DNA of 64,000 nucleotides, from NCBI GenBank assembly GCA_046091285.1, contig JBJTBH010000218.1, positions 1,176 through 65,175 of the forward strand, in the 5' to 3' direction. A program made the position numbers and the translations under genes. Origin of the DNA: Cyanobacteriota bacterium. GTDB taxonomy: Bacteria > Cyanobacteriota > Cyanobacteriia > PCC-6307 > Cyanobiaceae. Every line of letters starts with the position of its first letter. Within the stretch, counting starts at the first letter, position 1. The notes beneath the pieces are model-generated. The model ran no database searches. It had not been told where the DNA came from and worked only from the letters and a program-made list of their open reading frames with translations. Positions 15,650 to 26,767 of this stretch are shown here, in pieces.

Positions 15650-18600
15650 TCAGGCGCTGAAGTAACGGGCCTGACTGTGCACAGCCACCAGAGCTGTGGT
15701 GCTCTGTTCGGGCTGCAGCTGGTCGCTGTCATCCATGTGCAGACCGATGCGATCGGCACCGAGCCAGTCGAGCTGCGGACGGGAATCGGCGACATTCGGG
15801 CAGGCGGGGTAACCGAAGGAATAACGGCTGCCGCGGTAGCGCTGAGCCAGGACATCACGCAGCGCTGCCGGCTCCTCAGCTGTGAAACCGAGTTCACGGC
15901 GGATACGGGCATGGGTCCACTCGGCCAGAGCCTCAGCCATCTGCACAGCCAGCCCATGGAAATAGAGGTAGTCGGCATATTGATCGCCCCGGAACAGCTC
16001 CTGGGCGAAGCGACTGGCCGTCTCCCCCATCGTCACAGCCTGCATCGGCAGCACATCAGCGGGCCAGGATTGACCCTCCGGATCCAGGATCTGATCGCGG
16101 TAGAAATCAGCGATGCAGTAGCGCTGGCCGCTGCGCTGGCGGGGGAGCTGAAAACCACCGAGACGACGGGGCGACCAGGAGGGAGCTTCCGCTCCCTCCT
16201 GGTGAGGCCTGGGTAAGAGCTGGCGATCGACAAGACCTGCAGGATCGAACACATTCAGTCGGTTACCCTCGCGACCGCAGGGGAAATAGCCGTAGGCGAC
16301 CCGCGGGGAGAGCAGCCGTTCCTCAAGGCAGCGATGAAACCAGTGTTGAAGCACCGGTTCAGCCTTCTCGGCGAGCAGCTGTTCATAATCCTCACGCAAT
16401 TGACCCTGGGCCTTGCGCCATTGCCACTGACCGGCAAAGAGAGCCTGGCGATCGAGATAGGCGAAGACCTCCTGGAGATCAATCGTCTCTTGATCAAGAA
16501 CACGAGAGCCCCAGAAGGGAGGGAGGATCGAATCCTCTTCAGGCACAGCCGCAGAACGGCTCGTATCCGTCACAGACAAGGCCCCGACGGGTTGCGCTTC
16601 GAGGACGGAACGATCGTCCGGATCAGCGTCATGATCGTCGTCGCCATGAACCGATTCGGAGGACCTGGGTGAAACCTGAGCCAGAGACAGACCGTCAGGA
16701 GCGCCATTGAGGAAACCGCCGCAATCATCCCAGGCACCGGCAGCTTTAGCCTCCACAAGAGCATCCATGAAGCGAAGATCAGCGAAGGCATCACGGCCAT
16801 AAATCACCTGACCGCGATAAACCTCACGGCAATCTTTATTGACAAAGCGAGGCGTCAATGCAGCTCCACCAAGGATGACGGGAACAGTGATTCCAGCATG
16901 GTTGAATGCCTCTAGGTTGTCTTTCATGAACGCGGTGGATTTCACCAACAATCCGCTCATGGCGATGCAGTCAGCTTGATGCTTCTGCTGGGCTTCAATG
17001 ATCGCCTCAACCCCCTGCTTGATACCTAGATTGATCACTTCATAGCCGTTGTTGGTGAGAATGATGTCCACAAGATTCTTGCCGATGTCATGGACATCTC
17101 CCTTGACCGTGGCGATCAGGAACCTGGCCTTGGCATTGGATTCACCTTCAATCCGCTCCATGAACGGCTCGAGATAGGCGACAGCACTTTTCATCGTCTC
17201 AGCACTCTGCAGCACAAAGGGAAGCTGCATCTGACCGCTGCCGAACAATTCACCGACCACCTTCATGCCATCGAGCAGGAAGGTATTGATGATCTGAAGA
17301 GGTGGATACTGCCCCAGGGCTTCGACAAGGGCCTGTTCCAGGCCGATTCTTTCGCCGTCGATGATGTGCTGCTTCAAGCGCTGATCAAGGGGAAGATCAG
17401 CGAGAGAAGGACCGCTCTGGCGTGCCTCCTTCGCCGAGACTCCTTCAAAGAGCGTGGTGAGCTCAGTGAGCGGGTCATAAATGCAGACCGCGCCCTGAGC
17501 CGCGGCATCGCGGGCAGAGATCTGATCGGAAACGCCTTCAAAACGCCGGCGATCCAGAATGAGATCGCGACAGACCTGCTGATGCTCCTCAGAGATTCTG
17601 GCCAAAGGCAGAATCTTGGCGGGACTGATGATCGCCGCATCCATGCCGGCTTCACAACAGTCGTGCAGGAAAACAGAATTCAACACAATCCGCGCCGCGG
17701 GCGAAAGGCCGAAACTGACGTTGCTGACCCCAAGCAGAAGATGGACGCCAGGCAGCTGGGTACGAATGCGCCGGATCGCCTCGAGAGTCTCGGCACCATT
17801 GAGGCGATCCTCTTCAATGCCGGTGGAAATCGGTAGCGCCAGGGGGTCATAGAAGATCTCATGCGCCGGGATGCCGAATTCCAGAGCATCCCGATAAGCC
17901 CGTTGAGCGATCGCGAACTTACGCTCTGCCGTCCGGGCCATACCCTCCTCATCAATGGTTCCGATCACCACGGCAGCGCCGTAACGCCTGGCGAGTTCCA
18001 GAACCTTGAAGAAGCGTTCATCACCATCTTCATAGTTGGTGGAATTGAGAATACATTTTCCACCGGCCAACTTCAAGCCAGCCTCCATCTTTTGCCATTC
18101 TGTTGAATCAAGCATCAATGGCAAATTGACGTTGGTGATCAATCGACTAACGAGCTCATGCATATCGCGCTCGCCATCACGGCCGACATAATCAACATTG
18201 ACGTCAAGAATATGCGCATTCTCTTTAAGCTGACCCCGCGCAATCGCCACCAGCCCATCCCAGTCCTCTTCGTTGAGAAGTTCGCGCACCTTCTTCGAGC
18301 CACTGGCATTCAGCCGTTCGCCAATGATCAAAAAAGAATTGTCCTGGTGATAGGGCGTGATTCCATACAGAGAGGCTGCCGCCGGCTCGTAAGCCAAGGG
18401 CGGCCTCTGTTGGCGCTGATCGGGAAGGCGAACGGTGCGGGGAGCCGGATGCATATCGGCAGCCAGTTCAGCCAGCGCCCCGATGTGAGCCGGGGTGGTG
18501 CCGCAACAGCCACCGATCACCTGCACACCGAGATCCTCGATGAAATGCAGGAGCTGCATCCGCATCTCCATCGGCGTCAGCCGATAATGGGCCACCCCGC

Positions 18601-19450
18601 CGATATTTTCCGGCAGACCGGCATTGGGAATGCAGCTGACAACAAAGGGGGAATGAGCGCTGAGATAGCGGATGTGCTCCTTCATCTGCTCTGGTCCCGT
18701 GGCGCAATTCAGACCGAGCACATCGATCGGGAACGGCTCAAGAATCGCCAGCACGGCCGCGATATCTGACCCGACAAGCATCGTGCCGGTGGTTTCCATC
18801 GTCACCGAGACCATCAGGGCCCGGCGCTGGCCGGTGCTGTGAAAGGCCTGCTCGATTCCCTGCAGGGCGGCCTTGATCTGGAGCACATCCTGGCAGGTCT
18901 CGACGATAATCAGATCGACATCACCGGCGATCAATCCTTCGGCCTGCTCCTGGAAGGAGGCCTTCATCGTGTCGAAATCAATGTGCCCGAGGGTCGGTAA
19001 TTTGGTGGTCGGGCCCATCGCCCCAGCCACGAACCTGGGCTTCTCCGGGGTGCTGAACTGCCGGGCCATCTCCTTGGCGAGCTCCGCCGCCCGTCTGTTC
19101 AGAGCAAAGGCCTGATCCTCGAGGCCATATTCGGCCAACACGATCGAGGCGGCACCGAAGGTGTCGGTCTCGATCACATCGCAACCCACCTCCAGAAACT
19201 GACGATGCACCGCCTGCACCGCATCAGGCCGGGTGACCACCAGCTGCTCATTGCAACCCTCAAGCGTCGGACCGCCGAAATCCTCGGCGGTCAGATCCAT
19301 CAGTTGCAGGGAGGTTCCCGTGGCGCCATCAAACACCAGCACCGGGCGATCCGGATGATGCAGGCGCTCAAGAAAGGCCGATGGAAAGGAGTGGCGGGAG
19401 CCGGTCCCGGTCTCGTGCTGCACCACTCCCGTCACCATCGCCATCGCCAC
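15650..19450 (-). CDS. metH: Cobalamin-dependent methionine synthase
   Basis: 1266 aa. It has the Hcy-binding domain (GLNCATGP), the pterin-binding domain, the B12-binding DxHxxG motif (GDVHDIGKN) and the AdoMet-activation domain ([12 protein letters not shown]). Confidence 0.97.
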   Translation of the reverse strand: MAMAMVTGVVQHETGTGSRHSFPSAFLERLHHPDRPVLVFDGATGTSLQLMDLTAEDFGGPTLEGCNEQLVVTRPDAVQAVHRQFLEVGCDVIETDTFGAASIVLAEYGLEDQAFALNRRAAELAKEMARQFSTPEKPRFVAGAMGPTTKLPTLGHIDFDTMKASFQEQAEGLIAGDVDLIIVETCQDVLQIKAALQGIEQAFHSTGQRRALMVSVTMETTGTMLVGSDIAAVLAILEPFPIDVLGLNCATGPEQMKEHIRYLSAHSPFVVSCIPNAGLPENIGGVAHYRLTPMEMRMQLLHFIEDLGVQVIGGCCGTTPAHIGALAELAADMHPAPRTVRLPDQRQQRPPLAYEPAAASLYGITPYHQDNSFLIIGERLNASGSKKVRELLNEEDWDGLVAIARGQLKENAHILDVNVDYVGRDGERDMHELVSRLITNVNLPLMLDSTEWQKMEAGLKLAGGKCILNSTNYEDGDERFFKVLELARRYGAAVVIGTIDEEGMARTAERKFAIAQRAYRDALEFGIPAHEIFYDPLALPISTGIEEDRLNGAETLEAIRRIRTQLPGVHLLLGVSNVSFGLSPAARIVLNSVFLHDCCEAGMDAAIISPAKILPLARISEEHQQVCRDLILDRRRFEGVSDQISARDAAAQGAVCIYDPLTELTTLFEGVSAKEARQSGPSLADLPLDQRLKQHIIDGERIGLEQALVEALGQYPPLQIINTFLLDGMKVVGELFGSGQMQLPFVLQSAETMKSAVAYLEPFMERIEGESNAKARFLIATVKGDVHDIGKNLVDIILTNNGYEVINLGIKQGVEAIIEAQQKHQADCIAMSGLLVKSTAFMKDNLEAFNHAGITVPVILGGAALTPRFVNKDCREVYRGQVIYGRDAFADLRFMDALVEAKAAGAWDDCGGFLNGAPDGLSLAQVSPRSSESVHGDDDHDADPDDRSVLEAQPVGALSVTDTSRSAAVPEEDSILPPFWGSRVLDQETIDLQEVFAYLDRQALFAGQWQWRKAQGQLREDYEQLLAEKAEPVLQHWFHRCLEERLLSPRVAYGYFPCGREGNRLNVFDPAGLVDRQLLPRPHQEGAEAPSWSPRRLGGFQLPRQRSGQRYCIADFYRDQILDPEGQSWPADVLPMQAVTMGETASRFAQELFRGDQYADYLYFHGLAVQMAEALAEWTHARIRRELGFTAEEPAALRDVLAQRYRGSRYSFGYPACPNVADSRPQLDWLGADRIGLHMDDSDQLQPEQSTTALVAVHSQARYFSA

Positions 19451-19498
19451 CAGAGCTCGACACTCTAAAAAGCGATCGCCGGCTCCGACCCGGACGCC

Positions 19499-20416
19499 TC
19501 AGCCGTCGACGCGAATACGGGTAACCCAGTGCTCATAGGCCGGCTCGCGCCCCTCAGTGATGGCCGTGAGGCGTTCACGGATCGCCTCCATCACCGGGCG
19601 CTCGGAGCGAAGGTTGGTGGTCTCCACCCGCCGCACCGGGGTCACTCTGGCCGCCGTGCCACTGAGAAACACCTCGTCGGCGACAAACAGCTCGGTCTTG
19701 TCGACAGCCCGTTCCAGCACCTGCAGTCCCATGTCCCGGGCCAGGGTCAGGATGCTGTCGCGGGTGATTCCCTCCAGGATGTCCTGGTCGACGCCGGGCG
19801 TGATCAACACCCCATCGCGGACGATGAAGAGATTCATGCCGCTCGCCTCACTCACCTTGCCACGGCTGTTCAGAAGCAACGCCTCATCGAAACCGCTGCG
19901 GACCGCTTCCGTCTTGGCCAGGGAACTGGTGATGTAGGCGCCACTGATCTTGCCGCGCAGAGGCAGGGAACGATCCTCCTGACGAGTCCAGCTGCTGATC
20001 CGACAGCTGACGCCATCGGGTGAGAGGTAATCACCGAGCTCAATGCCGTAGATCAGGAAGTCGGTCTCAATGTCATGCAGCCGGGGGGCGATCCCCAGGT
20101 CTGAGGTGTAGACGAACGGCCTCATATAGATGGGGCAGGAGGGCCTGTTCGCCACCAGGAAGGCCCGGATGGCCGCCAGGATGGTCTGTTCCGGCAGCTC
20201 GGCCAGCAGCAGGCGGGCGCTCTGACTCAATCGCCTGGCATGGCGATCGGCACGGAACAGAAGAATCTCGCCGGGATCGCTGGGGTTCGGGATCGCCCGC
20301 ATGCCACCGAAAGCCCCGGTCCCGTAATGCAAGGCATGGGTGGCCACGGAAATGGTGGCCTCGGCGAAAGGCACGCATTGGCCGCCGAACCAGGCGTAGG
20401 GAAGGAACTGATGCAT
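19499..20416 (-). CDS. ilvE: Branched-chain amino acid aminotransferase
   Basis: The ATG at 20416 gives MHQFLPYAWFGGQCVPFAEATISVATHALHYGTGAFGG, a class IV aminotransferase of 305 aa. The upstream part of the track ORF is not protein-like. Confidence 0.92.
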   Translation of the reverse strand: MHQFLPYAWFGGQCVPFAEATISVATHALHYGTGAFGGMRAIPNPSDPGEILLFRADRHARRLSQSARLLLAELPEQTILAAIRAFLVANRPSCPIYMRPFVYTSDLGIAPRLHDIETDFLIYGIELGDYLSPDGVSCRISSWTRQEDRSLPLRGKISGAYITSSLAKTEAVRSGFDEALLLNSRGKVSEASGMNLFIVRDGVLITPGVDQDILEGITRDSILTLARDMGLQVLERAVDKTELFVADEVFLSGTAARVTPVRRVETTNLRSERPVMEAIRERLTAITEGREPAYEHWVTRIRVDG

Positions 20417-20494
20417 CTGGCTGCGGCGACGAAAGCGAACGGAAGGAAACGATCCGTTGCCCGATCTTCTCACCGCAGCCTGCAGGATGGGGGG

Positions 20495-23400
20495 ATGCAT
20501 CGCCTTGCCGCCATTCCAGGGTCCAGCCAACCCGGCGATCCGCAGAGCTTCATTGAGCAACCACCGGCCCCGGTGGTGCTGCTCAGCAGCGCCGACACGG
20601 ATCTGGCGACGGTGTCCACCGTGCTGCAGGACCACCCTGGAGTGCTGGATGCGGAACTCAGGGCCCTGAATCTGGCCGCGCTGCATCATCCGGCCCTGAT
20701 CGATCACTACCTACGCACCTCCCTGGTCAGCACACGACTCGTGGTCGTGCGACTGCTGGGCGGTCGCGGTCACTGGAGCTACGGCCTGGAAGCCCTGCAG
20801 CGCTGGAGCCAGGAGGCCCCTGACCGTCTGCTGCTGGTGCTGGCGGGTACCGCGGATGAGGAGCACAACCTGGCCGACCTGAGCTCGGTGCCAGCCCCCC
20901 TGGCGATCGGCCTGGCCCGCTGTTTCCGGGAAGGCGGTCCTGAGAACATCCGACGCGTTCTGAGCAGCCTCAGGGAGCTGCTGGTCACGGGAAGCAGCCT
21001 GCCGCCGCAACCCCAGCCTCTGCATGATCCCCATCCCCATGACTGGCGGCCGGAGGCCGGCGCAAGGGTCGGGGTCGTGCTCTACCGGGCCTGGTGGCAG
21101 GCCGGGGACCTGGAGCTGGCCACAGCCCTGCTGACGGCGCTGCGGGAGGCGGGTCTGGCACCGCGGGCCCTCTGGGTGACCAGTCTGCGGGAACTCCCGG
21201 TCCAGGCAGGCGTGCGCGATCTGCTGCAACGGGAAGCGGTGCAGGCCGTGATCTGCACCACCGCCTTCGCGTCCGTGCAGTTCGAGGAGGCCGGTCTCGG
21301 CTCCCCGCTCTGGGAATCCCTCGGCGTGCCGGTGCTCCAGCTGCTCTGCAGCGGCCAGCCACGGACCCAGTGGGAGACCAGCTGCGTCGGCCTTGGTCCG
21401 ATCGATCTCAGCCTGCAGGTGGTGCTACCGGAGCTCGATGGACGGATCACCACCCGGGTCGGAGCCTTCAAGGAACTGCGCCATGCCGATGCCCGCCTGG
21501 CGACTGCCGTGTTGCACCTGGTGCCCGATCGAGAACGCCTGAGCTGGGTGGCCGCACTCACCCGGGCCTGGGTGGAGCTGCGCCAGACCCCCGTCGGACA
21601 ACGACGCCTTGGACTGGTCCTGGCCAACTACCCCACCCGGAACAGCCGCCTGGCCAATGGTGTCGGACTGGACACCCCCGCGAGCACGGTGGCGATGCTG
21701 CACTGGTTGCGGGAGGCCGGCTACGACCTCGGTGACGGCGACCCCACCGACCTGCCGTCCGATGGCGATGCCCTGATCGCCCACCTCCTGAAGGGTCTCA
21801 CCAACGATCCTGAGAGTGGCCATCGCCCGGCCCTCACCCACCTGCCCCTGGCGAACTACCAGCGGTGGTACGCCACCCTGCCGGAGGAGAGCCGCGGGCC
21901 ACTGGAGGCTCGCTGGGGCCCTCCGGAGCGGGATGCCGGTATCGAACACCTTCCCAGCGGCGAACCGGCCTTCCCGATCCGTGGGCTGGCCTTCGGCGCG
22001 GTGGTGGTGCTGATACAACCGGAACGGGGCTATAGCCGTGACCCCGCCCTCAGTTATCACAGTCCCGACCTGCCGCCCACCCACGCCTACCTGGCCCAGT
22101 ACCTGTGGCTGCGACAGGGCCATGGCGCCCAGGCTCTCGTGCATGTCGGCAAACACGGCAACCTGGAATGGCTGCCAGGCAAGGGGGTGGGGCTTTCCGC
22201 CGCCTGCTACCCGGAGTGGGCCCTGGGCCCTGTGCCGCATCTTTATCCCTTCATCGTCAACGACCCCGGCGAAGGATCCCAGGCCAAACGACGTGCCCAG
22301 GCGGTGATTCTTGATCACCTGACCCCACCACTGGGCCGCGCCGGACTGCATGGGGAACTGCAGGAGCTGGAGGTCCTCCTCGACGAATACTGGGACGCCT
22401 GCCAGCTGGGCAGCGCCCGCCTGGCGGGACTGCGCCGGCGACTCGATCAGCGGCTGCAGTCCCTGGCCCTCCCCCTGCAGGGCAGGGATCCGGAAGAGCG
22501 TCTTCAGGCCGCCGACGGTTACCTGTGCGAACTGAAGGAGGCCCAGATCCGCCTTGGGCTGCACACCTACGGCAGCCTGCCGGAGCGACGGCGGCTGGCG
22601 GAACTGCTGCTCTGCCTGGCCCGACCTCCCCAGGCCGGTCATCCAGGCCTGACCCAGGCCTTCGCGATCCAGCTGGGCCTCCGTCTCGACCCCTGGGCCG
22701 ATCCGGATGAACAACCCCTGAGCCCAGAAGATCGCGCCATCCTTCTGGCCCTGCGCTACGCATCGCCGCCGCAACCAGCAACGCCGATCGCTGCCCCCGA
22801 CCCACCCGGTGAAGCGGCTGAAGAGGCAACAGAGCGCCTGCCACATCGCCTCGATCACTGCGGTGATGCGGTGGCCTGGCTGGAGCACTGGACCCTGGCG
22901 GCCCTCCAGCCCCTGGTGGATCAGGCCCTGGGAGAAACACCGGATCCTGAAGCCCCGGCGATGCCGGAGGCCGCGCTGCCGCGACCGCCGGCCGATTCGC
23001 TGCAGCAGGTGGCCCACGCGCTGCTGCCCAGGCTTCTGGCCTGTGGCGATGCCGAACAGCGGGCCTTCCTCGTTGGGCTCGATGGTGGCAGGATCGCCCC
23101 GGGGCCGTCCGGAGCTCCGACCCGGGGCCGTCCCGATCTGTTACCCACCGGCCGCAACTTCTACAGCGTCGATCTGCGGGGACTGCCGACCGAAGCCGCC
23201 TGGGACCTGGGCCGACGCAGCGCCGAACTGCTGCTCGATCTTCATCTTCAGGAGCATGGGGAGGACCTGCGGCATCTGGCCCTCTCGGTCTGGGGAACGG
23301 CGACGATGCGCAATGGCGGGGAAGACATCGCCCAGGCTCTGGCCCTGCTCGGGGTCCGCCCGGTCTGGGATGGCCCGACACGACGGATGGTGGATCTGGA

Positions 23401-24307
23401 GGTGATTCCCCTGAGCCTCCTCGGCAGACCACGGGTGGATGTGACCCTGCGCATCTCCGGTTTGTTTCGGGATGCCTTTCCCCAGCTGGTGGGCTGGATG
23501 CATGAAGCCACGACACGGGTCGCAGCCCTGGAGGAATCAGCTCACGAGAATCCCCTGGCCGCCGCCGCCCGCACGGAAGGCCACGCAGCCCGGGTCTACG
23601 GTTCTGCTCCGGGCGCCTACGGGGCCGGTCTGCAGGGGTTGATCGACAGCGGCGACTGGGAGCATCGCGATGACCTCGGCGAGGCCTATCTGCAATGGAG
23701 CGCCTGGCGCTATGAGGGCAGCGATCGGATCACATCGGATCGCGATGGTCTGGAGCAACGGCTGCGGCAGGTGCAGGTGGTGCTGCACAACCAGGACAAT
23801 CGCGAACACGACCTGCTCGATTCCGACGACTACTACCAGTTCCAGGGCGGGTTGAGCGCCGCGATCGAGCGCGTCAGCGGCAAGGCGCCCGATCTCTGGT
23901 TCGGCGACCATTCCCGCCAGCAGCGACCGCGGGTGCACCGATTGGAAAGGGAGTTCGACAAGGTGCTGCGCAGTCGCGTGCTCAATCCCCGCTGGATCAG
24001 GGCGATGTCCGAGCACGGCTACAAGGGCGGCTTCGAGATGGCCGCCACCCTCGATTACCTGTTTGCCTATGACGCCAGCACCGATCGGGTACCCGACTGG
24101 AGCTATGGAGCGATCCAACGCTCCTGGCTTGGAAACCAGGAGGTGCTGCACGTCCTGAGACAGTCCAACCCATGGGCCCTGCGGGACATGGCGGAACGAC
24201 TGCTGGAAGCCCACAACCGTGGGCTCTGGCAAGGCGCCTCCTCAACCGATCTTGAGGATCTGCGGCACCTGGTGCTGGACACCGACCTCCGGCTGGAAAA
24301 GCCGTGA
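20495..24307 (+). CDS. cobN: Cobaltochelatase subunit CobN
   Basis: CobN/Mg-chelatase H family (PVVLLSSADTDL.., HVGKHGNLEWLPGK). The ATG at 20495 (MHRLAAIPG) avoids overlap with ilvE and gives 1270 aa. Confidence 0.95.
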   Translation: MHRLAAIPGSSQPGDPQSFIEQPPAPVVLLSSADTDLATVSTVLQDHPGVLDAELRALNLAALHHPALIDHYLRTSLVSTRLVVVRLLGGRGHWSYGLEALQRWSQEAPDRLLLVLAGTADEEHNLADLSSVPAPLAIGLARCFREGGPENIRRVLSSLRELLVTGSSLPPQPQPLHDPHPHDWRPEAGARVGVVLYRAWWQAGDLELATALLTALREAGLAPRALWVTSLRELPVQAGVRDLLQREAVQAVICTTAFASVQFEEAGLGSPLWESLGVPVLQLLCSGQPRTQWETSCVGLGPIDLSLQVVLPELDGRITTRVGAFKELRHADARLATAVLHLVPDRERLSWVAALTRAWVELRQTPVGQRRLGLVLANYPTRNSRLANGVGLDTPASTVAMLHWLREAGYDLGDGDPTDLPSDGDALIAHLLKGLTNDPESGHRPALTHLPLANYQRWYATLPEESRGPLEARWGPPERDAGIEHLPSGEPAFPIRGLAFGAVVVLIQPERGYSRDPALSYHSPDLPPTHAYLAQYLWLRQGHGAQALVHVGKHGNLEWLPGKGVGLSAACYPEWALGPVPHLYPFIVNDPGEGSQAKRRAQAVILDHLTPPLGRAGLHGELQELEVLLDEYWDACQLGSARLAGLRRRLDQRLQSLALPLQGRDPEERLQAADGYLCELKEAQIRLGLHTYGSLPERRRLAELLLCLARPPQAGHPGLTQAFAIQLGLRLDPWADPDEQPLSPEDRAILLALRYASPPQPATPIAAPDPPGEAAEEATERLPHRLDHCGDAVAWLEHWTLAALQPLVDQALGETPDPEAPAMPEAALPRPPADSLQQVAHALLPRLLACGDAEQRAFLVGLDGGRIAPGPSGAPTRGRPDLLPTGRNFYSVDLRGLPTEAAWDLGRRSAELLLDLHLQEHGEDLRHLALSVWGTATMRNGGEDIAQALALLGVRPVWDGPTRRMVDLEVIPLSLLGRPRVDVTLRISGLFRDAFPQLVGWMHEATTRVAALEESAHENPLAAAARTEGHAARVYGSAPGAYGAGLQGLIDSGDWEHRDDLGEAYLQWSAWRYEGSDRITSDRDGLEQRLRQVQVVLHNQDNREHDLLDSDDYYQFQGGLSAAIERVSGKAPDLWFGDHSRQQRPRVHRLEREFDKVLRSRVLNPRWIRAMSEHGYKGGFEMAATLDYLFAYDASTDRVPDWSYGAIQRSWLGNQEVLHVLRQSNPWALRDMAERLLEAHNRGLWQGASSTDLEDLRHLVLDTDLRLEKP

Positions 24308-24316
24308 TCCCTGAAA

Positions 24317-24371
24317 GAAGCCCGGACTGCCGCCCATGCGCAGAGCGCTCGGGGGCGGCAGGCCAGGCTTC
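24317..24371. terminator. Long GC-rich hairpin between convergent genes (candidate bidirectional terminator)
   Basis: GAAGCC (24317-24322) pairs with GGCTTC (24366-24371). CTGCCGCCC (24327-24335) pairs with GGGCGGCAG (24353-24361). There is no strong U-run. Confidence 0.55.
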
Positions 24372-24396
24372 TGAACACCGACAGCCGAGGTTGAAT

Positions 24397-24954
24397 TCAG
24401 GCGTTCAGATCCTTGGCCATCGACTTGAAGGCATCGATCGAACCGGGCTTGCTGATGGTCTGGCTGGTGATCGCGGGCTGCTCTTCGGCAGCCTTGGCAG
24501 CCTTGGCCTTCTCCTGCTGAATCACCGCAGGGCCACCGGTGACATTGACACCGACAGCGGAGCCCTTCATGCGCTGATTGAGTTCAGCCTCACTGAGCTT
24601 TTCAGCGAAGGTTTTCTTGACGGGCTTGGGGATGCCGCCGGTGAGATTGAGCTCAACCTCCTTCTGATCGGAACCCGGGAGACCAGGAGAGAGCTTCTCA
24701 ACACGGGCTTCCATGGAGGCCACTTCCTGGATCATCTCCTTGAAACCAGGATTGTCGGCACTGCCCGGGAAGGTGCGACGGATGGTGTTGGAGCGCCGCA
24801 TGAAATCAACATTGCCCATGCTGCTGGAGGCCTCCGGATCGAGGAAGAACGCCTCCTCATCGGTTTTCTGCTTGGCAGCAGCAGGCTTGGGATTGACGGA
24901 CGCAGGCTTGGAGCCGAGCAGACGATCGAGAAGACCCACCGACAGGTTCAGCAA
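24397..24954 (-). CDS. Conserved hypothetical protein
   Basis: Protein-like from LLNLSVGLLDRLLGSKP.. onward (EAFFLDPEASSSMGNVDFMRRSN..). The track start at 25107 overlaps the PHP gene. The likely start is TTG at 24954 or GTG at 24939, just after the PHP stop at 24969. Confidence 0.7.
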   Translation of the reverse strand: MLNLSVGLLDRLLGSKPASVNPKPAAAKQKTDEEAFFLDPEASSSMGNVDFMRRSNTIRRTFPGSADNPGFKEMIQEVASMEARVEKLSPGLPGSDQKEVELNLTGGIPKPVKKTFAEKLSEAELNQRMKGSAVGVNVTGGPAVIQQEKAKAAKAAEEQPAITSQTISKPGSIDAFKSMAKDLNA

Positions 24955-24968
24955 CGCTGCAGGAAACC

Positions 24969-25646
24969 CTAGCGGCCACGGAGGCTGAATCCATGGGTGT
25001 CGGTGCCACAACTCTGCACAAGGCCACGTTTGCGCAGGTCTGCGGCAATCGCCTCGCAGACGACGGGCGTGGGCGCCCAGCGCGGCCTGAGGTCGTAGTC
25101 GTACCAAGCCTCGGCCCCATCGAATCCCTGGGCGGCCGCCGCCGCGATCAGGCGCGCATGAGGGAGCCGATAGCGGGCTGGATGGGCCAGAAGAGCCAGG
25201 CCACCGGCGGCATGGGCGGCCCTGACCACCGCCTCGGAACGCAGATCAGCCCCGACCACAGCCCGTCCCTGGAGATAGGGGCTCAAGGGATGGAGCTCCC
25301 CCTCCCGAGGCATCGTGAAGCCGAGCACGAGCACATGAACCAGACAACCCTCCAGGAGGCAGCTGATCTCGACCCCACTCCAGAGCCTCGGGGTCGACTG
25401 ACCCCGTTGTTTCAGGGCTTCAAAATGGCCCTCGATCGCTGCATGGGCAGACACACCGTGATGATCGGTGACCGCCAGATGGCGGAGGCCGTGGCGGACC
25501 GCCTGGTCGGCCAGCGCCAGGGGCTCAAGGCTGCCGTCACTGGCAAGGGTGTGGCAATGCAGGTTGATCTCCCCAGGGCAACTCTGCGGCCCGACACTCC
25601 GGAGAACTGCCGCCAGGGGATGGTCGGACCGGGGGAGCGAAGCCAT
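24969..25646 (-). CDS. PHP-domain metal-dependent phosphoesterase
   Basis: N-terminal PHP motif EINLHCHTLASDGSLEP..AVTDHH. Confidence 0.85.
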   Translation of the reverse strand: MASLPRSDHPLAAVLRSVGPQSCPGEINLHCHTLASDGSLEPLALADQAVRHGLRHLAVTDHHGVSAHAAIEGHFEALKQRGQSTPRLWSGVEISCLLEGCLVHVLVLGFTMPREGELHPLSPYLQGRAVVGADLRSEAVVRAAHAAGGLALLAHPARYRLPHARLIAAAAAQGFDGAEAWYDYDLRPRWAPTPVVCEAIAADLRKRGLVQSCGTDTHGFSLRGR

Positions 25647-25652
25647 CGGCGC

Positions 25653-26273
25653 TCAGCTGGCCGCCTCAGAGGCAGGTCGTTCCGCCCGCAGCCGGCGCCA
25701 ACGGGCAGAGAACTGCAACGAGGCCGCCATGAACACCACCAGAGCGACCATGAACCAGGTGGCTGCGCCGGTTGGGAACTGCGCCTTGAAGACGACGAGC
25801 ATCACAACAAGCACCAGCAGCAGGGTGGGCAGTTCGTTGAGGGCCCGCAGCTGCTTCGGACTCCATTGACAGGTCCCGGCCTGCAACTGCCCCATCAGCC
25901 GATAACAGAGAGCGTGGTAGGCCAGCAGCGCAGCCACGAGCGCGAGCTTGGCATGCATCCAACCCTGATGCAGCCAGAGGGGTTGAACACTCAGGAGACC
26001 GACGGCCATGGTCACGGCCACCGCCATGCCTGGGGTGGTGATGATGTTGGCCAGGCGGCGTTCCATCAGACCGTATTGCGCCTGAAAGGCCTGGCGCAGT
26101 TCCGGGGTCAGATCCTCGGCCTCGCGGTGGTAGATGAAGAGGCGCACCAGATAGAAAAGTCCGGCGAACCAGACGACCACACCGACAATGTGCAGCGTTT
26201 TGAACCAGAGATAGGCCTCAGGCGGCAGGCTCAGGCCCAGCAGCAGCGCAAAGGGACTCAGGGGAACGCTCAT
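25653..26273 (-). CDS. hemJ: Protoporphyrinogen oxidase HemJ (UPF0093 membrane protein)
   Basis: Polytopic membrane protein with WFKTLHIVGVVVWFAGLFYLVRLFIYH and WMHAKLALVAALLAYH, the pattern I associate with HemJ. Confidence 0.85.
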   Translation of the reverse strand: MSVPLSPFALLLGLSLPPEAYLWFKTLHIVGVVVWFAGLFYLVRLFIYHREAEDLTPELRQAFQAQYGLMERRLANIITTPGMAVAVTMAVGLLSVQPLWLHQGWMHAKLALVAALLAYHALCYRLMGQLQAGTCQWSPKQLRALNELPTLLLVLVVMLVVFKAQFPTGAATWFMVALVVFMAASLQFSARWRRLRAERPASEAAS

Positions 26274-26298
26274 CAGCTCTCAGGCAGCGGATCATCGG

Positions 26299-26334
26299 GG
26301 CCGGATGACGGCCGGATGACGGCCGATGACGGCC
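26299..26334. repeat. Tandem ~11-nt repeat x3 (GGCCGGATGAC)
   Basis: GGCCGGATGAC GGCCGGATGAC GGCCGATGAC GGCC, 26 nt upstream of the hemJ start on the minus strand. Confidence 0.9.
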
Positions 26335-26395
26335 AAGGTAAACGCCGCGCCAGGACAGCCTGCTCCCAGGCGCGGCCATCGCGGCCAGACAGGTC

Positions 26396-26767
26396 CTAGA
26401 GGCGACAGGCCCGGCGGGCGACAGCTGAACCGTACGCACGATCAACACGACCTGCATCGGGGCTGAGACGCCCATCGCGACAGTCGACGGTGATCCGTTC
26501 GCGATGGCCGGCCTGATCCAGCAACCGGAGACGCAGCTGCCAGTGATGCTTGGCACTGCGTGAGATCTGATCGGCACAGACCGGCCCGACACAGAGTCCA
26601 GGCGAGGCCAGGACCTGCGTCGCTCCGCCGGTCAGTGTCGTGATCAGAAACCAGAGACCGAGCACCAGGGCAGGCAGGGGCCTGAGCCATGAATGCCCGG
26701 CAGGACCAGACGGGCAGGCGGTGTCCTCCGGCGTCTCCGGGCTCAGAAACCGATCGATCACTCTCAT
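26396..26767 (-). CDS. Hypothetical membrane-anchored Cys-containing protein (123 aa)
   Basis: The ATG at 26767 overlaps the uvrC stop (ATGA). [11 protein letters not shown].. is followed by one hydrophobic segment ([15 protein letters not shown]). Confidence 0.65.
   Translation of the reverse strand: MRVIDRFLSPETPEDTACPSGPAGHSWLRPLPALVLGLWFLITTLTGGATQVLASPGLCVGPVCADQISRSAKHHWQLRLRLLDQAGHRERITVDCRDGRLSPDAGRVDRAYGSAVARRACRL

Noticed and set aside
21425-23516. Two long minus-strand ORFs (530 aa and 419 aa) inside cobN
   Set aside because: They are antisense to a clearly recognisable CobN, with R/P/G-rich shadow composition. The same reasoning applies to 1109..2416, 8351..9535, 30932..32185, 32886..34118, 35221..36045, 36535..37509, 39122..40411, 40928..41824, 42602..43720, 57279..58199 and 61822..63249.
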